Positions 1 to 9,022 of a stretch of 64,000 nucleotides of DNA are shown here, piece after piece. Each line of letters opens with the position of its first letter. Within the stretch, counting starts at the first letter, position 1. Where the stretch lies: the NCBI GenBank assembly GCA_003221035.1, contig QHUB01000030.1, forward strand, positions 28,763 through 92,762. Reading direction: 5' to 3'. Both the position numbers and the translations under genes were made by a program. The notes beneath the pieces were generated by a model, which saw only the letters and a list, made by a program, of their open reading frames with translations, was not told the origin of the DNA and searched no databases. The stretch is from Gemmatimonadota bacterium (GTDB taxonomy: Bacteria > Gemmatimonadota > Gemmatimonadetes > Gemmatimonadales > GWC2-71-9).

Positions 1-270
1 GTCGGTGACGGTCTTCTGTCTGGTGTTGATCGCGGTTGCGCGGCGGCCCAGGCGCAGATCGATGCCGAGCGTGTCTGTACCGCGCCAGACTGTCTTGGCG
101 GGATCGTCTCCCTTCCAGAGTCCTTTGGACAGCGGAGGCCGATTGTACGGAGGATGGGTCTCGGCCGAGAGGACTCCGATGCTGCCCTTGGGATCCGATT
201 CGCGGATCGCACGCGCCGCCGCGTCCGCCGTCATACCGCCGCCGACGATCAGGTACTTGGACGACGTCAT
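1..270 (-). CDS. FAD/NAD(P)-dependent pyridine nucleotide-disulfide oxidoreductase, N-terminal part (gene runs off window start)
   Basis: Own translation of the minus strand from ATG 270-268 gives MTSSKYLIVGGGMTADAAARAIRESDPKGSIGVLSAETHPPYNRPPLSKGLW. It has a GxGxxA dinucleotide-binding fingerprint. ATGA overlap with the stop of the upstream regulator. Absent from the ORF track because there is no stop in the window. Confidence 0.7.
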   Translation of the reverse strand, partial: MTSSKYLIVGGGMTADAAARAIRESDPKGSIGVLSAETHPPYNRPPLSKGLWKGDDPAKTVWRGTDTLGIDLRLGRRATAINTRQKTVTD

Positions 271-917
271 GCGGCGCTATCGATCTCGAACGCGCACCGC
301 GGGTGGTCACCGCGCTGGCAGCATTCCTTTACCGGACCTCCGACGACTTCTTGCACGAGCGCCTTGCCCAGCTCGCACATCTCCGCGTGACCGGACGTGA
401 CGGCGGACAGCGGGCATCCGTATCCCTGCAAACGCCAGCCGGCCGGGGTCTGCTGGACCTCGACGTCAGCGCCGAGACTTTGGAAGACGGCTGCAGCCGA
501 TTCCATCTTCTGTTTCGCACTGGCGCCCTTGTGAGCGCCGGCAGCGGCCTGCGCGCCCACGGCGCGCAACAGCGCGATCGCGCGGTCCCGTCCTTCGGTG
601 TGCACGATTTCTCCCACGAGTTTGCTCAGGACGATCGCGTACGCCTTCGGAAACAGCTCTTCGCCTTCGCGAGTGAGGCCATAGACGCGCGCGGGCTTGC
701 CGCCGGTGTCTCGCTGGGTACCGACCTGGGCCACGATCCCGTCCCGGTGCAGGGCGGCGATGTGCATCCGGACGGCGTTGTCCGTCAGGCCGAGAGCTTC
801 CGCGAGCGTGGTGACGGTGTGGCGAGAGCGCCGCAGCAGGCTCAACAGGCGTAGTTGGGTTTCGCCGAGAAGGCGTTCGAGCCAGTTGGACATGGGACCA
901 GAATAGCTGGAAATCAT
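267..917 (-). CDS. ArsR-family winged-HTH transcriptional regulator with Cys-rich C-terminal domain
   Basis: The track ORF contains LRLLSLLRRSRHTVTTLAEALGLTDNAVRMHIAALHRDGIV, an ArsR-type HTH. The C-terminus has GCPLS, EMCE, ECCQRGDHPRC. Start could be 917 or the second Met at 893. Confidence 0.7.
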   Translation of the reverse strand: MISSYSGPMSNWLERLLGETQLRLLSLLRRSRHTVTTLAEALGLTDNAVRMHIAALHRDGIVAQVGTQRDTGGKPARVYGLTREGEELFPKAYAIVLSKLVGEIVHTEGRDRAIALLRAVGAQAAAGAHKGASAKQKMESAAAVFQSLGADVEVQQTPAGWRLQGYGCPLSAVTSGHAEMCELGKALVQEVVGGPVKECCQRGDHPRCAFEIDSAA

Positions 918-945
918 TGATTTGTCTAGTAATCACAGCAAATAC

Positions 946-974
946 TTGACAAAGTGGTATTACCTCGGCACTAT
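946..974 (+). promoter_or_regulatory. Candidate sigma70-type promoter for the DUF4142/cupredoxin pair
   Basis: TTGACA at 946-951, a 17-nt spacer, then CACTAT at 969-974, all inside an AT-richer divergent intergenic region (918-1016). AGGGAGGA RBS lies before GTG 1017. ATTTG..CAAAT and TTTGTC..GACAAA inverted motifs nearby could be the ArsR operator. Confidence 0.3.
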
Positions 975-1016
975 CCTGGTCCATTCCGATTTGGACCACT
1001 TTTTTAGGGAGGATTT

Positions 1017-1571
1017 GTGCCCCGTCCCACGCATCCGCTGCTCGTTGCCGTAAGCCTGGCGATCGCCAGCTCGTTACATGCTCAGAACGCCGCATCCCCG
1101 GACCTATCAGATCCTGAGGTCGCACATGTCGCCGTGACGGCGAATAGCATCGACATCGACATGGCGAAGTTCGCACAGACGCGGACGACGAACGGCGCGG
1201 TCAAGCAGTTCGCCGCTACGATGATTACGGACCATACCGCGGTGAACGAACAGGCCGCTGCGCTCGCGAAGAAGCTCGGCGTGACTCCCGCCGACAACGC
1301 CGTCAGCCAGTCGCTCGAAGACGGGGCCAAGCAGGCGCGCGCCGCCCTCGAGCCGCTGCACGGGAAAGCATTCGACCGTGCGTACATAGATCGCGAAGTC
1401 GCGTATCACCAGGCCGTACTCGACGCCATCGACAAGCTGCTGATCCCCACGACCGAGAACGCCGACCTCAGGCAGTTGTTGACCGCCGTGCGGCCGGCCG
1501 TCGCGACGCATCTCGAGCATGCCAAGCACCTCCGCATAGAGTTGGGCGGAACTCCGCGGGCCAGTAAATGA
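1017..1571 (+). CDS. DUF4142 domain-containing periplasmic protein
   Basis: Signal peptide (LLVAVSLAIASSLHA). Two-repeat pattern with ...DHTAVNEQ... and FDRAYIDREVAYHQAVLD, typical of DUF4142. GTG start with a good RBS. Confidence 0.75.
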   Translation: MPRPTHPLLVAVSLAIASSLHAQNAASPDLSDPEVAHVAVTANSIDIDMAKFAQTRTTNGAVKQFAATMITDHTAVNEQAAALAKKLGVTPADNAVSQSLEDGAKQARAALEPLHGKAFDRAYIDREVAYHQAVLDAIDKLLIPTTENADLRQLLTAVRPAVATHLEHAKHLRIELGGTPRASK

Positions 1572-1864
1572 TCGTTTGGTTGTTCTTGCTGCTCGGCTTT
1601 GGCAGAGTGCCGCAGACGCACACGGTAGAGATCCGCGGGATGGAGTTTCATCCCGCGGCGCTCACCGCGGCGGTCGGTGACACGGTCGTCTGGATCAATC
1701 GCGATATCGTGCCTCATACCGCGACCGCCAAGGGCTCGGCCGGCTGGGACACGGGCTCGTTGGTGGCCTCGCAGTCGGGACGGTACGTGGTCCGGCACAA
1801 TGGTGTGCTGCATTATGCCTGCACATTTCATCCGACCATGCACGGCACGTTGACCGTGCGATAA
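1568..1864 (+). CDS. Cupredoxin (amicyanin/plastocyanin-like type 1 copper protein)
   Basis: Ligand pattern His (IVPHTA) plus C-T-F-H-P-T-M (Cys-x2-His-x2-Met, amicyanin-like spacing). N-terminal hydrophobic segment. ATGA overlap with the upstream gene. Confidence 0.8.
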   Translation: MIVWLFLLLGFGRVPQTHTVEIRGMEFHPAALTAAVGDTVVWINRDIVPHTATAKGSAGWDTGSLVASQSGRYVVRHNGVLHYACTFHPTMHGTLTVR

Positions 1865-1971
1865 CCCCGTCGCAGCTGCCGTAGGCAGCCCCACATTCCG
1901 GCCCCCATGCAACATCCGAACCCAGGAGGCTTACACGGCGGGGCGGAGCGATTCTACCAGGGCGGCGGGTT

Positions 1972-2418
1972 TCATTTGTGACTCAACGAGTAAACGTACG
2001 CCGCAACGGCCTGAAGCTGGCGATCGGTGAGCGTGTGTTCGAATGGCGGCATGGGCAACGGGTGTTGCGCGGGGTGCTGGACACCCTGGATGACCGTGCC
2101 CTTGATGAAGCCAATGCTGCCGTCTCCATGGATCCAGCTTCGGTCGGCCAGCGAGGGCGCCGCTGCAGTCCCTGCGCCGTTCCGACCGTGGCAGGTCGCG
2201 CAGATGCCCTCGCCCGCGCGGCCGTTGAATACACTGTCTCCGAGCGCGATCTCCTTCGGCGTGATGATGCCCGAATCCATCGCTGCAGCGGTGTTGGGAC
2301 TGCCGGGTGGCGCGGGCGAGGGCGGCGGCACGACGCGTGTCGAGTCCGTCTGCCGTCCTAAGTGGCCCTGGCTGCACGCAATGAACAAGAGAGCCGCGCA
2401 GAGGGCGGCGCGTGTCAC
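1972..2418 (-). CDS. c-type cytochrome, lipoprotein
   Basis: CATCH haem-binding motif (CxxCH), distal Met (PMPPF), lipobox LFIAC. GTGA start/stop overlap with the upstream gene. Confidence 0.8.
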   Translation of the reverse strand: MTRAALCAALLFIACSQGHLGRQTDSTRVVPPPSPAPPGSPNTAAAMDSGIITPKEIALGDSVFNGRAGEGICATCHGRNGAGTAAAPSLADRSWIHGDGSIGFIKGTVIQGVQHPAQHPLPMPPFEHTLTDRQLQAVAAYVYSLSHK

Positions 2419-3203
2419 CGTTCGTCCTTCTTGCAGTCGCTCCAGCAGGGCGGGGTCGTCAGGTCCACGCGCCAGATGGGACCCGAGTAGAGAGGGCCTT
2501 CGAACCGCAGGAACGCGGGCGCCCCCTCGGTCATGATCCAGAGATGACTGTCGGGCGGTGTTTGATGCTTGATCGCCGCGCCGATGCGCTGCACAAAGTT
2601 GAGTTTGGGCTTCAGCGTAAACCGGGTGATGCCTGGTTCGGCGGCGGCCCCGCCCGGGACGAAGGCGAGTGGAACGACCAGCGGCTTTGGTGTGAACGCG
2701 ACGATGTGGACGGTCCGGCCGGCTTCCCGGTCGACGTTCTTTCCGATGATGGGAATCAGACCGTTGTAGGTATCGCTGGGAAGATCGAGCTTGCCGGTGT
2801 AGCGCTTCTCCTTCCCGTCGTCATGTGAGATCGTTGTGACGACGTACGCGCCGTCCTGCGAGAAACTCGCGTCGAGATCTTGCGCAAATGCCTTGCCGCG
2901 CTGCACGAGATGATACGATTCGAGCCGAAAGACCTGGTGCTGGCTGAATGTGACGGTTTCCTGGAAAAACGAGCTGTCCCCGAACCGGAACACGAGCTCG
3001 CTTTTTATATCGGAGTCGCGCGGTACCTGCAGCAGATCGCCGCGCGCGATCCGCTCACCCGACTGCGTGTGCAGCTCGAGAAAACCGTGGAGCGTTCCTT
3101 CCGCCCAGCGTACGCCGACGGCCGCCGGGCCGGGAGGGTCCGATCCAGCAAACAGCGCGGCCAGAGGGAGCAGCCAGTGGAGGCGCATACCACCGTCATA
3201 CAC
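2415..3203 (-). CDS. Secreted hypothetical protein
   Basis: The long ORF has coding-like composition and a signal-like MRLHWLLPLAALFAG (start probably at 3188). No motif recognised. Confidence 0.55.
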   Translation of the reverse strand: MYDGGMRLHWLLPLAALFAGSDPPGPAAVGVRWAEGTLHGFLELHTQSGERIARGDLLQVPRDSDIKSELVFRFGDSSFFQETVTFSQHQVFRLESYHLVQRGKAFAQDLDASFSQDGAYVVTTISHDDGKEKRYTGKLDLPSDTYNGLIPIIGKNVDREAGRTVHIVAFTPKPLVVPLAFVPGGAAAEPGITRFTLKPKLNFVQRIGAAIKHQTPPDSHLWIMTEGAPAFLRFEGPLYSGPIWRVDLTTPPCWSDCKKDER

Positions 3204-3227
3204 CGAGCCTTGAAGACCGGCGTGGAA

Positions 3228-4103
3228 TTAATCCGTCGCGCGGATTCGCCGGGCACGGTCCCACAGGGCGGCGACCCCGAGCTGCCGCGCGAGTTCCTCG
3301 AATTCCGGCGTGGGACCGTGCCACCGCAGGTCCTCGATGGTCGAGAAGACGGGTACGTCGGTTCGCAGCGTGGCGAGCGTGCGAAACAGCACCGCGAGCG
3401 CGCGATGCGCTTCGAGCGCGGCGGCGAGCCGCGCGGCGCCACGTACCGGCAGCTCCCATTGCTTGCAGTCGGCGGGGATTTTTTCGAGATGACGGTAGCG
3501 ACCGAGCAGGGCACCTGACGCCTTCTCGCCCCAACCTGGAACGCCGGGGAAGCCATCGGCCGAATCGCCGACGAGCGCGAGGTAATCGGGAATCGATTCC
3601 GGCCCCACACCGAAGCGTGCGACCACGCCGGGCTCGTCGCGCGTCTCCCGCTTGCGCCGGTCGAACTGCACGACGCGCTGCCCACGCACGCACTGACTGA
3701 GATCTTTGTCGGGCGTACAGATGATCACTTGCTCGACCGCAGACGACTCGGCGGCCTTCTGCGCGGCGGCCGCGAGCGCATCGTCGGCCTCGAATTCCAC
3801 CATCGCCCAGACCGTGACGCCCAGAGCGCGCAGCGCGTCCTCGAGCGGGTGAAACTGCGCCAGCAGCTCGGGCTCGATCCCGGCGCTCGTCTTGTAGCCC
3901 GCCCACAGGTCGTTGCGAAACGACTCGATGACATGATCCGTCGCGACGCCGAGGTGTGTCGTGCCGCCTTCCAGCATGCCGAGGACCGAGCCCAGCACGC
4001 CGATGATCGCGCCGACTTCGTTTCCCCGGCTGTCGCTCTGGCGGGGCACGGCAAAGAAATGCCGGAACAGCTCGTAGGTGCCGTCGAGGAGATGAACTTT
4101 CAA
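3228..4103 (-). CDS. 5'-3' exonuclease (FEN/Pol I N-terminal domain family)
   Basis: Only the C-terminal 291 aa of track ORF 3228..4991 is homologous. Motifs are KVHLLDGTYELFR, EFEADDALAA and the H3TH motif VGDSADGFPGVPGWGEKSA. TTG start at 4103 overlaps the TGA of the upstream gene (CTTGA). Confidence 0.8.
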   Translation of the reverse strand: MKVHLLDGTYELFRHFFAVPRQSDSRGNEVGAIIGVLGSVLGMLEGGTTHLGVATDHVIESFRNDLWAGYKTSAGIEPELLAQFHPLEDALRALGVTVWAMVEFEADDALAAAAQKAAESSAVEQVIICTPDKDLSQCVRGQRVVQFDRRKRETRDEPGVVARFGVGPESIPDYLALVGDSADGFPGVPGWGEKASGALLGRYRHLEKIPADCKQWELPVRGAARLAAALEAHRALAVLFRTLATLRTDVPVFSTIEDLRWHGPTPEFEELARQLGVAALWDRARRIRATD

Positions 4104-5092
4104 GCCTTGAGGTGTCCGAACAAATCCGCGCGCACAGCCGGGTCGCGGAGCTTCCACACGACGCCGTCGGTGAAGTAGTGGTGGATATTGAAGAAGGTGC
4201 TGATCGCGAATCCCACGACTTGCCCCGGCCGCGACCCCAGCCAGTCGGTCACCACGGCCATCGCGCCGAGCGGCAGCAGAATCGATGCGACGATCGAGCC
4301 GACCACGAGCAAGATCAGATAGAGCATGATCTGGAATGCGACGAGCTGACCGGCCCCGACCGTCCGGCGGGTACGATTGACCTCGACGCGGAACGGGAAG
4401 ATCAGATACTGCAGCGCGTGCGCGATCTGGACGATGAACAGGGCGGGCAGTCCCACGCGTGCCATGGCGGCATACCATACGAAGATCGCGATCCACGGAA
4501 TCCAGGCGCGCAGCGGCGCGATCCGGCCCGTGCGTGACTTGTGCATCGCAAACCCGGCGAGGCCCATCGCCAGTGCGATACTCGTGAGCACGCTGAGCCC
4601 GGTATACAGCGGCGTCAAATCGACAAAATGATGGTAGCCGAGATAAAAGAACCAGACGACATGCCACGCCGCGAGAATGTAGAGCGAGCTGCGCACAAGC
4701 CGCCGCTCGGTCGTGTTGAAGGGATTGCCGTCCAGATGCGTGAAGGTCGCCACCATTCCCCACGCCTGGCTCGTGTAATGCCAGGCGAGATACGAGCTCG
4801 AGATGGTGAGCAGGGCGGAAACGGGAATGTCGGTCCAGCGGCTCGCGATCACCGAGCCGACGCACGCCACGAGCAGCAGCGAGGGAACGTACAGCGCCGC
4901 CCACGGGTGCGCGCGAATGCTCGCGCGCGTGCGGTAGACCATGCGATACGACGCGAGAAAGTGCGGCATGTTCACCAGCGCACCGATCCACGCCTGCACG
5001 CCGGCGGTCAGCAGCAGGACGTCGGTGCGGCCGAGCACGAGGAGCGGCACGAGGACGAGCAGCGACAATCCGCCGGTCGCGAGCGCGTCCAC
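4100..5092 (-). CDS. Polytopic His-rich integral membrane protein, unknown function
   Basis: 330 aa with about 8-9 hydrophobic helices. Recurrent His motifs: NMPHFLASY, LAWHYTSQAWG, LGYHHFV, QIAHALQY, FNIHHYFTDGVVWK. Confidence 0.7.
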   Translation of the reverse strand: MDALATGGLSLLVLVPLLVLGRTDVLLLTAGVQAWIGALVNMPHFLASYRMVYRTRASIRAHPWAALYVPSLLLVACVGSVIASRWTDIPVSALLTISSSYLAWHYTSQAWGMVATFTHLDGNPFNTTERRLVRSSLYILAAWHVVWFFYLGYHHFVDLTPLYTGLSVLTSIALAMGLAGFAMHKSRTGRIAPLRAWIPWIAIFVWYAAMARVGLPALFIVQIAHALQYLIFPFRVEVNRTRRTVGAGQLVAFQIMLYLILLVVGSIVASILLPLGAMAVVTDWLGSRPGQVVGFAISTFFNIHHYFTDGVVWKLRDPAVRADLFGHLKA

Positions 5093-5173
5093 GAACGGCG
5101 AAATGATCGCGGGGACGGCGCGAGTCTGGGTGACAGGACGGGGACGGGCAGCGGCGACCAGATGCGTCTCCAG

Positions 5174-6610
5174 CTAGATCAGAGATTCAATGGGCAGATG
5201 CGAGAACAACTTGGCTCCGAGAGGGCGCCAAAAGCCAGCCCCCGGCTCGTCGGTATAGCCCCCCGTCCAATGCAGTCCTCCGTTGGGCCCGCGCGTCACC
5301 TCATACGAGGCTTGCGGGCTCGCCCAGCGGGTGAACAGCGCCGCCACCTCGGCCGCGAGCTCCGGGCTGTGGATGAGCACCCCGACCTCCGTATTCTGCG
5401 CAAGCGAGCGCGGATCGATGTTCGGGGATCCAATGAACACGGATGTCTGATCGAACACGAATGCCTTCCCGTGCAGACTCGCTCGAGACGACCCGACCAT
5501 CGCCTTCGACGCGCGCGGCCCCCTGGCTCCCACCGCCTCGGGCCGCAGCTCGAACAGCCGCACGCCGCGATCGAGCAGGGGCCGCCGGTACTTCATGTAG
5601 CCCGCGTGCGCCAGCCAGACGTCGGTCGCGGCGAGTGAATTGGTCAGAACGCGCACGCTGACCCCTTCTTGCCGGCGATCGCTGAAGAACTCGACTCCAA
5701 GCGATCCCGGCACGAAGTACGGCGACACCACGAGCAGATCGGAGCGTGTCGCACGGCCGTAGGGAGAGATCTGCGCGCCCAGATACGCGTCGCTTTCGGT
5801 TCCGACCGGCTGCGCCAGCTTTTCGGGAGGATCGGCGACGACACGGCCGGCGGCCCAATGCATGTGGAGGTCGTCGGTCCGCAGGTCGCGCGCGAGCTCC
5901 GATTCGACGAGCGACCGCGAGTACGGCGACTCGCTCAAGGCGTCGCAGCGGTCGCGCAAACGGGCGCGCGCGGTCGGGAAGAATGCGGGATCGGGTGCGA
6001 ACTTGCCGAGTTTCGAGATCGGCACTGCAAACGGGCTGTTCCAGTATGCCTCGAAGCTCGCGACCGCGTGACGTCCGATCGGACCCGCGCCGAGGACGTC
6101 GACGTCCTGGAAATCAAGCTCACCCATGCTGAAGTACTCATCGCCGATATTGCGGCCGCCCACGATCGTCGCGATCCCATCGGCGACGAACAGCTTGTTG
6201 TGCATGCGGCGGTTGACGCGCGTAAAATTCGTCAGCAGCTCGGCAACGCGCCGCAGTCCCGAACGATGCGTGTAGGGATTGAAGAGCCGCACGTCGATGT
6301 TGGGGTGGGCATCGAGTCCTGCGACTGACTCATCCTTCTTATCCAGCGTGCCCCAGTCGTCGAGCAATACCCGTACGCGCACACCGCGATCGGCCGCGGC
6401 GATGAGTCGCTCGACGAGGAGCGATCCGGCGTTATCGGGATGGAAGATGTAGTACTGCAGGTCGAGCGTACGCTCGGCCAGCTCGATCAGGACGGCTCGC
6501 GCGACGAAGGCGTCGATCCCGGTGGGCAGGAGCCGAAACGCCGAGCGCTCTTCTCCTGGTACCGCATTCGCTGCGACGCGCGGCGCGATCCACCGGTCGA
6601 GCCGCGCCAA
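5174..6610 (-). CDS. Phospholipase D / cardiolipin-synthase-like family protein
   Basis: Two HKD motifs: MHNKLFVADG...GGRN and LHGKAFVFD...GSPNID. Confidence 0.85.
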   Translation of the reverse strand: MARLDRWIAPRVAANAVPGEERSAFRLLPTGIDAFVARAVLIELAERTLDLQYYIFHPDNAGSLLVERLIAAADRGVRVRVLLDDWGTLDKKDESVAGLDAHPNIDVRLFNPYTHRSGLRRVAELLTNFTRVNRRMHNKLFVADGIATIVGGRNIGDEYFSMGELDFQDVDVLGAGPIGRHAVASFEAYWNSPFAVPISKLGKFAPDPAFFPTARARLRDRCDALSESPYSRSLVESELARDLRTDDLHMHWAAGRVVADPPEKLAQPVGTESDAYLGAQISPYGRATRSDLLVVSPYFVPGSLGVEFFSDRRQEGVSVRVLTNSLAATDVWLAHAGYMKYRRPLLDRGVRLFELRPEAVGARGPRASKAMVGSSRASLHGKAFVFDQTSVFIGSPNIDPRSLAQNTEVGVLIHSPELAAEVAALFTRWASPQASYEVTRGPNGGLHWTGGYTDEPGAGFWRPLGAKLFSHLPIESLI

Positions 6611-6611
6611 G

Positions 6612-8321
6612 CTACTTCAGGGCAACGGCGCTGAGAGTGCCTGTTGACTGGGCGATGTACAGGATGCCCTGGCTGCTGAGCGAGAGCCGGCCACCCGCCG
6701 GGTAGTTCCAGACGGCGGCGTGTCCCTGCAAATCGAGCGCATAGGTATGCGAGCTCGTACTCACGAACAGCAGGTTGTCGGTCAGGGCGAGCGCCGGCAC
6801 GACCTGGCCGGCTCCCGGGGGCAGGATCCAGCTCCAGAGCAGTGCGCCGTCGGTTACCGCGCGGGCTTCGATCATGTTGCCGTTCAGAACATACAGCGTG
6901 CTGCCGCTAACGGACACCATCCCTTGATACGAGGAGGAGAGCTGCCAGCGAACGTTGTGCGCGACGAGGTCGAACGTGATGAGACGGTTGTCGTGTGCGG
7001 CGATCAGATAGTCGGTGCCGCTCAAGACGGGCGCCGTATTCATCGTCCACCCGTTCCAGGAGAAGTTCGAATCGGGGATCTCGTACAACAACGCGCCGGT
7101 GCCGGCGCTATTCGCCGTGACCTTGGGCGAGTTCGAGCCGGTGTAGCTGTACACCACGGTGTCCCGCATCGCGGGCGTCCAGCCGTCGTAGAAGTTCGTT
7201 TGGAAGAACCAGTCACTCGCGCCGGTCGTCGCGTCGTAGCGGTACATCCCGCCGACGTCGCCGCCGGCGAAGTACACGGCATCAGCGGTCACGATCGGGG
7301 CGTAGTAGCGTTGCCATTGACACGCATACTGGTTCCGGAACACGCGCGTGCCGGCCGCGGCGTCGAATGCGTACAGAAACGCATCGGTGTGGCCGCTCGT
7401 GGTGACGTAGACGCGTCCGTTACCGACGGCGGGCTGATGCACGCCATGGATCGGACCGAAATCGACGGACCACAGTAGCTCGCCGGTGAGGCTGTTCAAG
7501 CCGGCGAGGATCTGCGTGCCGAAGTAACTCTCGGTTGCGGCGAACACGCGGCCGCCACTCGCTACAGCCGGGCTGAGCGCCGTTCCCGCGGCCACGACTT
7601 TCGTCCAGAGGGTATGGAACGTGCGAGGATCGGCAGTCGCGTTGATGTGTCCGGTCCGCTGAGGATCGGCCTGGAAGGTCGTCCAATCTGTCGCGCCCGT
7701 CCACGATCCCGTCGGTGCAGGAACCACGGTGAGATTCACGAAGCCATCCAGCCCCTCACGGCTGGCCGTGATCTTTACCGCGCCCGCACTCTGGCCGACG
7801 ACCACGCCGTCTGCCGTCACCGTCGCGACCGTTTCGTTCGAGCTGCTCCATGTTACCGGCCGGCGCGTGCGAGCGAGCGTGTCGCCATTGGCCGCCTTGA
7901 GCGTGAAACTCAGCGACAGGGAATCATCCGGTGCGTAGAGCGCGTCGAACCCGCCAGTGCTGACGGTGATCTGCGCGACCGCGCGCGGCATCACGCGCAG
8001 CGCCACGGAGTCCGATCGGTCTCCGCTCGTTGCCTTGATCCACGCCCTGCCGGTCCATACTCCCGTCACGACGCCGGCATTCGATACCGTCGCGACCGCT
8101 GCATCGGAGCTCGTCCAGGTGAAGGAGCGGCCGGACAGCGTGTCGCCCGCCGCAGTCAACGCGACAGCTCTCAGAACGCGAGTGGATCCGTCCTCGATGA
8201 CGGTGTCGCCCAGCACTTCGATCCTGACGGATGCGATGGTGGCCGGTCCGGCAGCGCTTTCGCCGCAGCTCGACGTCACCAACAGTACCCCGCAAAGAAC
8301 TAAGCCCCAGCGACGTGGCAT
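6612..8321 (-). CDS. Lipoprotein with two Big_2 Ig-like domains and a PQQ-like beta-propeller
   Basis: Start is set at MPRRWGLVLCGVLLVTSSCG (lipobox, ATG 8321). Big_2 signatures are ATVSNAGVVTGVWTGRAWIKA and ATVTADGVVVGQSAGAVKITA. The C-terminal half has repeated G.ly..d..tG..lW propeller blades. Confidence 0.75.
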   Translation of the reverse strand: MPRRWGLVLCGVLLVTSSCGESAAGPATIASVRIEVLGDTVIEDGSTRVLRAVALTAAGDTLSGRSFTWTSSDAAVATVSNAGVVTGVWTGRAWIKATSGDRSDSVALRVMPRAVAQITVSTGGFDALYAPDDSLSLSFTLKAANGDTLARTRRPVTWSSSNETVATVTADGVVVGQSAGAVKITASREGLDGFVNLTVVPAPTGSWTGATDWTTFQADPQRTGHINATADPRTFHTLWTKVVAAGTALSPAVASGGRVFAATESYFGTQILAGLNSLTGELLWSVDFGPIHGVHQPAVGNGRVYVTTSGHTDAFLYAFDAAAGTRVFRNQYACQWQRYYAPIVTADAVYFAGGDVGGMYRYDATTGASDWFFQTNFYDGWTPAMRDTVVYSYTGSNSPKVTANSAGTGALLYEIPDSNFSWNGWTMNTAPVLSGTDYLIAAHDNRLITFDLVAHNVRWQLSSSYQGMVSVSGSTLYVLNGNMIEARAVTDGALLWSWILPPGAGQVVPALALTDNLLFVSTSSHTYALDLQGHAAVWNYPAGGRLSLSSQGILYIAQSTGTLSAVALK

Positions 8322-8464
8322 AATGGGCGTTAAGCTAGTAAGCGGTCCCAGCGCAAGGAACCGAGGGGCGCCCAAAAGGTCATAATCAGACACAGCGGAG
8401 CCCCCCTGTTTCCTTTGGCGACATTGAGAGGTCTTGGGTAGACACATCCCTTTTGGAGGCAGCC

Positions 8465-8983
8465 ATGAAGACCGTTAGCCTGATGATCACAGCAATGTGC
8501 CTCGTCGCCGCGCCGCTCGCGGCGCAGCAAGACACGACCACCCACGCCCGACATCCGGGCCCCCGGGGCATGATGGGCCCGCGCGGGCAGGATATGATGG
8601 CGATGATGCGGGAGATGATGGAGCCCCTCATGGCCGTCATGGCCTACACCCCAGACGCGCTGCTGTACCGCCGCGATTCCTTGAAGCTCACCAGCGATCA
8701 AGTCACCAAGCTCACCGCCATCCGCGACGCCGCCAAGCCCGGGCACGATGCCGCGGTGGCCGATTTCAAGACGCACGCCGGCGCCGTTTCGAGCGCATTC
8801 CAGGGGGCCTCGCCCGACACGAGCGCGATCCGGCCGCACTTTGAAGAGGCGCACGCGGCGATGGGCAAGGCGCATTGGGCCGCGCTTTCAGCCGCGGCGC
8901 AGGCCAAAGCCGTCCTGACCGATGCCCAGCGCAAGAGGGTGGATGCAGCGGTCACGAAAATGATGAAGCGCGAACACATGTAG
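8465..8983 (+). CDS. Periplasmic Spy/CpxP-family (LTxxQ) protein with Met-rich N-terminal segment
   Basis: GGAGG sits 5 nt before ATG 8465. Signal peptide present. Met-rich stretch RGMMGPRGQDMMAMMREMMEPLMAVM. Two LTxxQ motifs (LTSDQ, LTDAQ). Confidence 0.7.
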   Translation: MKTVSLMITAMCLVAAPLAAQQDTTTHARHPGPRGMMGPRGQDMMAMMREMMEPLMAVMAYTPDALLYRRDSLKLTSDQVTKLTAIRDAAKPGHDAAVADFKTHAGAVSSAFQGASPDTSAIRPHFEEAHAAMGKAHWAALSAAAQAKAVLTDAQRKRVDAAVTKMMKREHM

Positions 8984-9022
8984 TATTCCCGGCCGCGACA
9001 ACCAGAGGTAAGATGAGCGCTC

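Noticed and set aside
1875-1889. GCTGCC-gta-GGCAGC hairpin between the convergent cupredoxin and cytochrome c genes, considered as a bidirectional terminator
   Set aside because: It has only a 6-bp stem with a 3-nt loop and no T/A tracts on either side, which is insufficient for an intrinsic terminator call.
3228-4991. 587-aa ORF suggesting a very large exonuclease
   Set aside because: Only the C-terminal 291 aa are exonuclease-like. The N-terminal part is an alternative frame of the well-supported membrane protein gene (4100-5092). A TTG start at 4103 overlapping that gene's stop gives a normal-sized enzyme.
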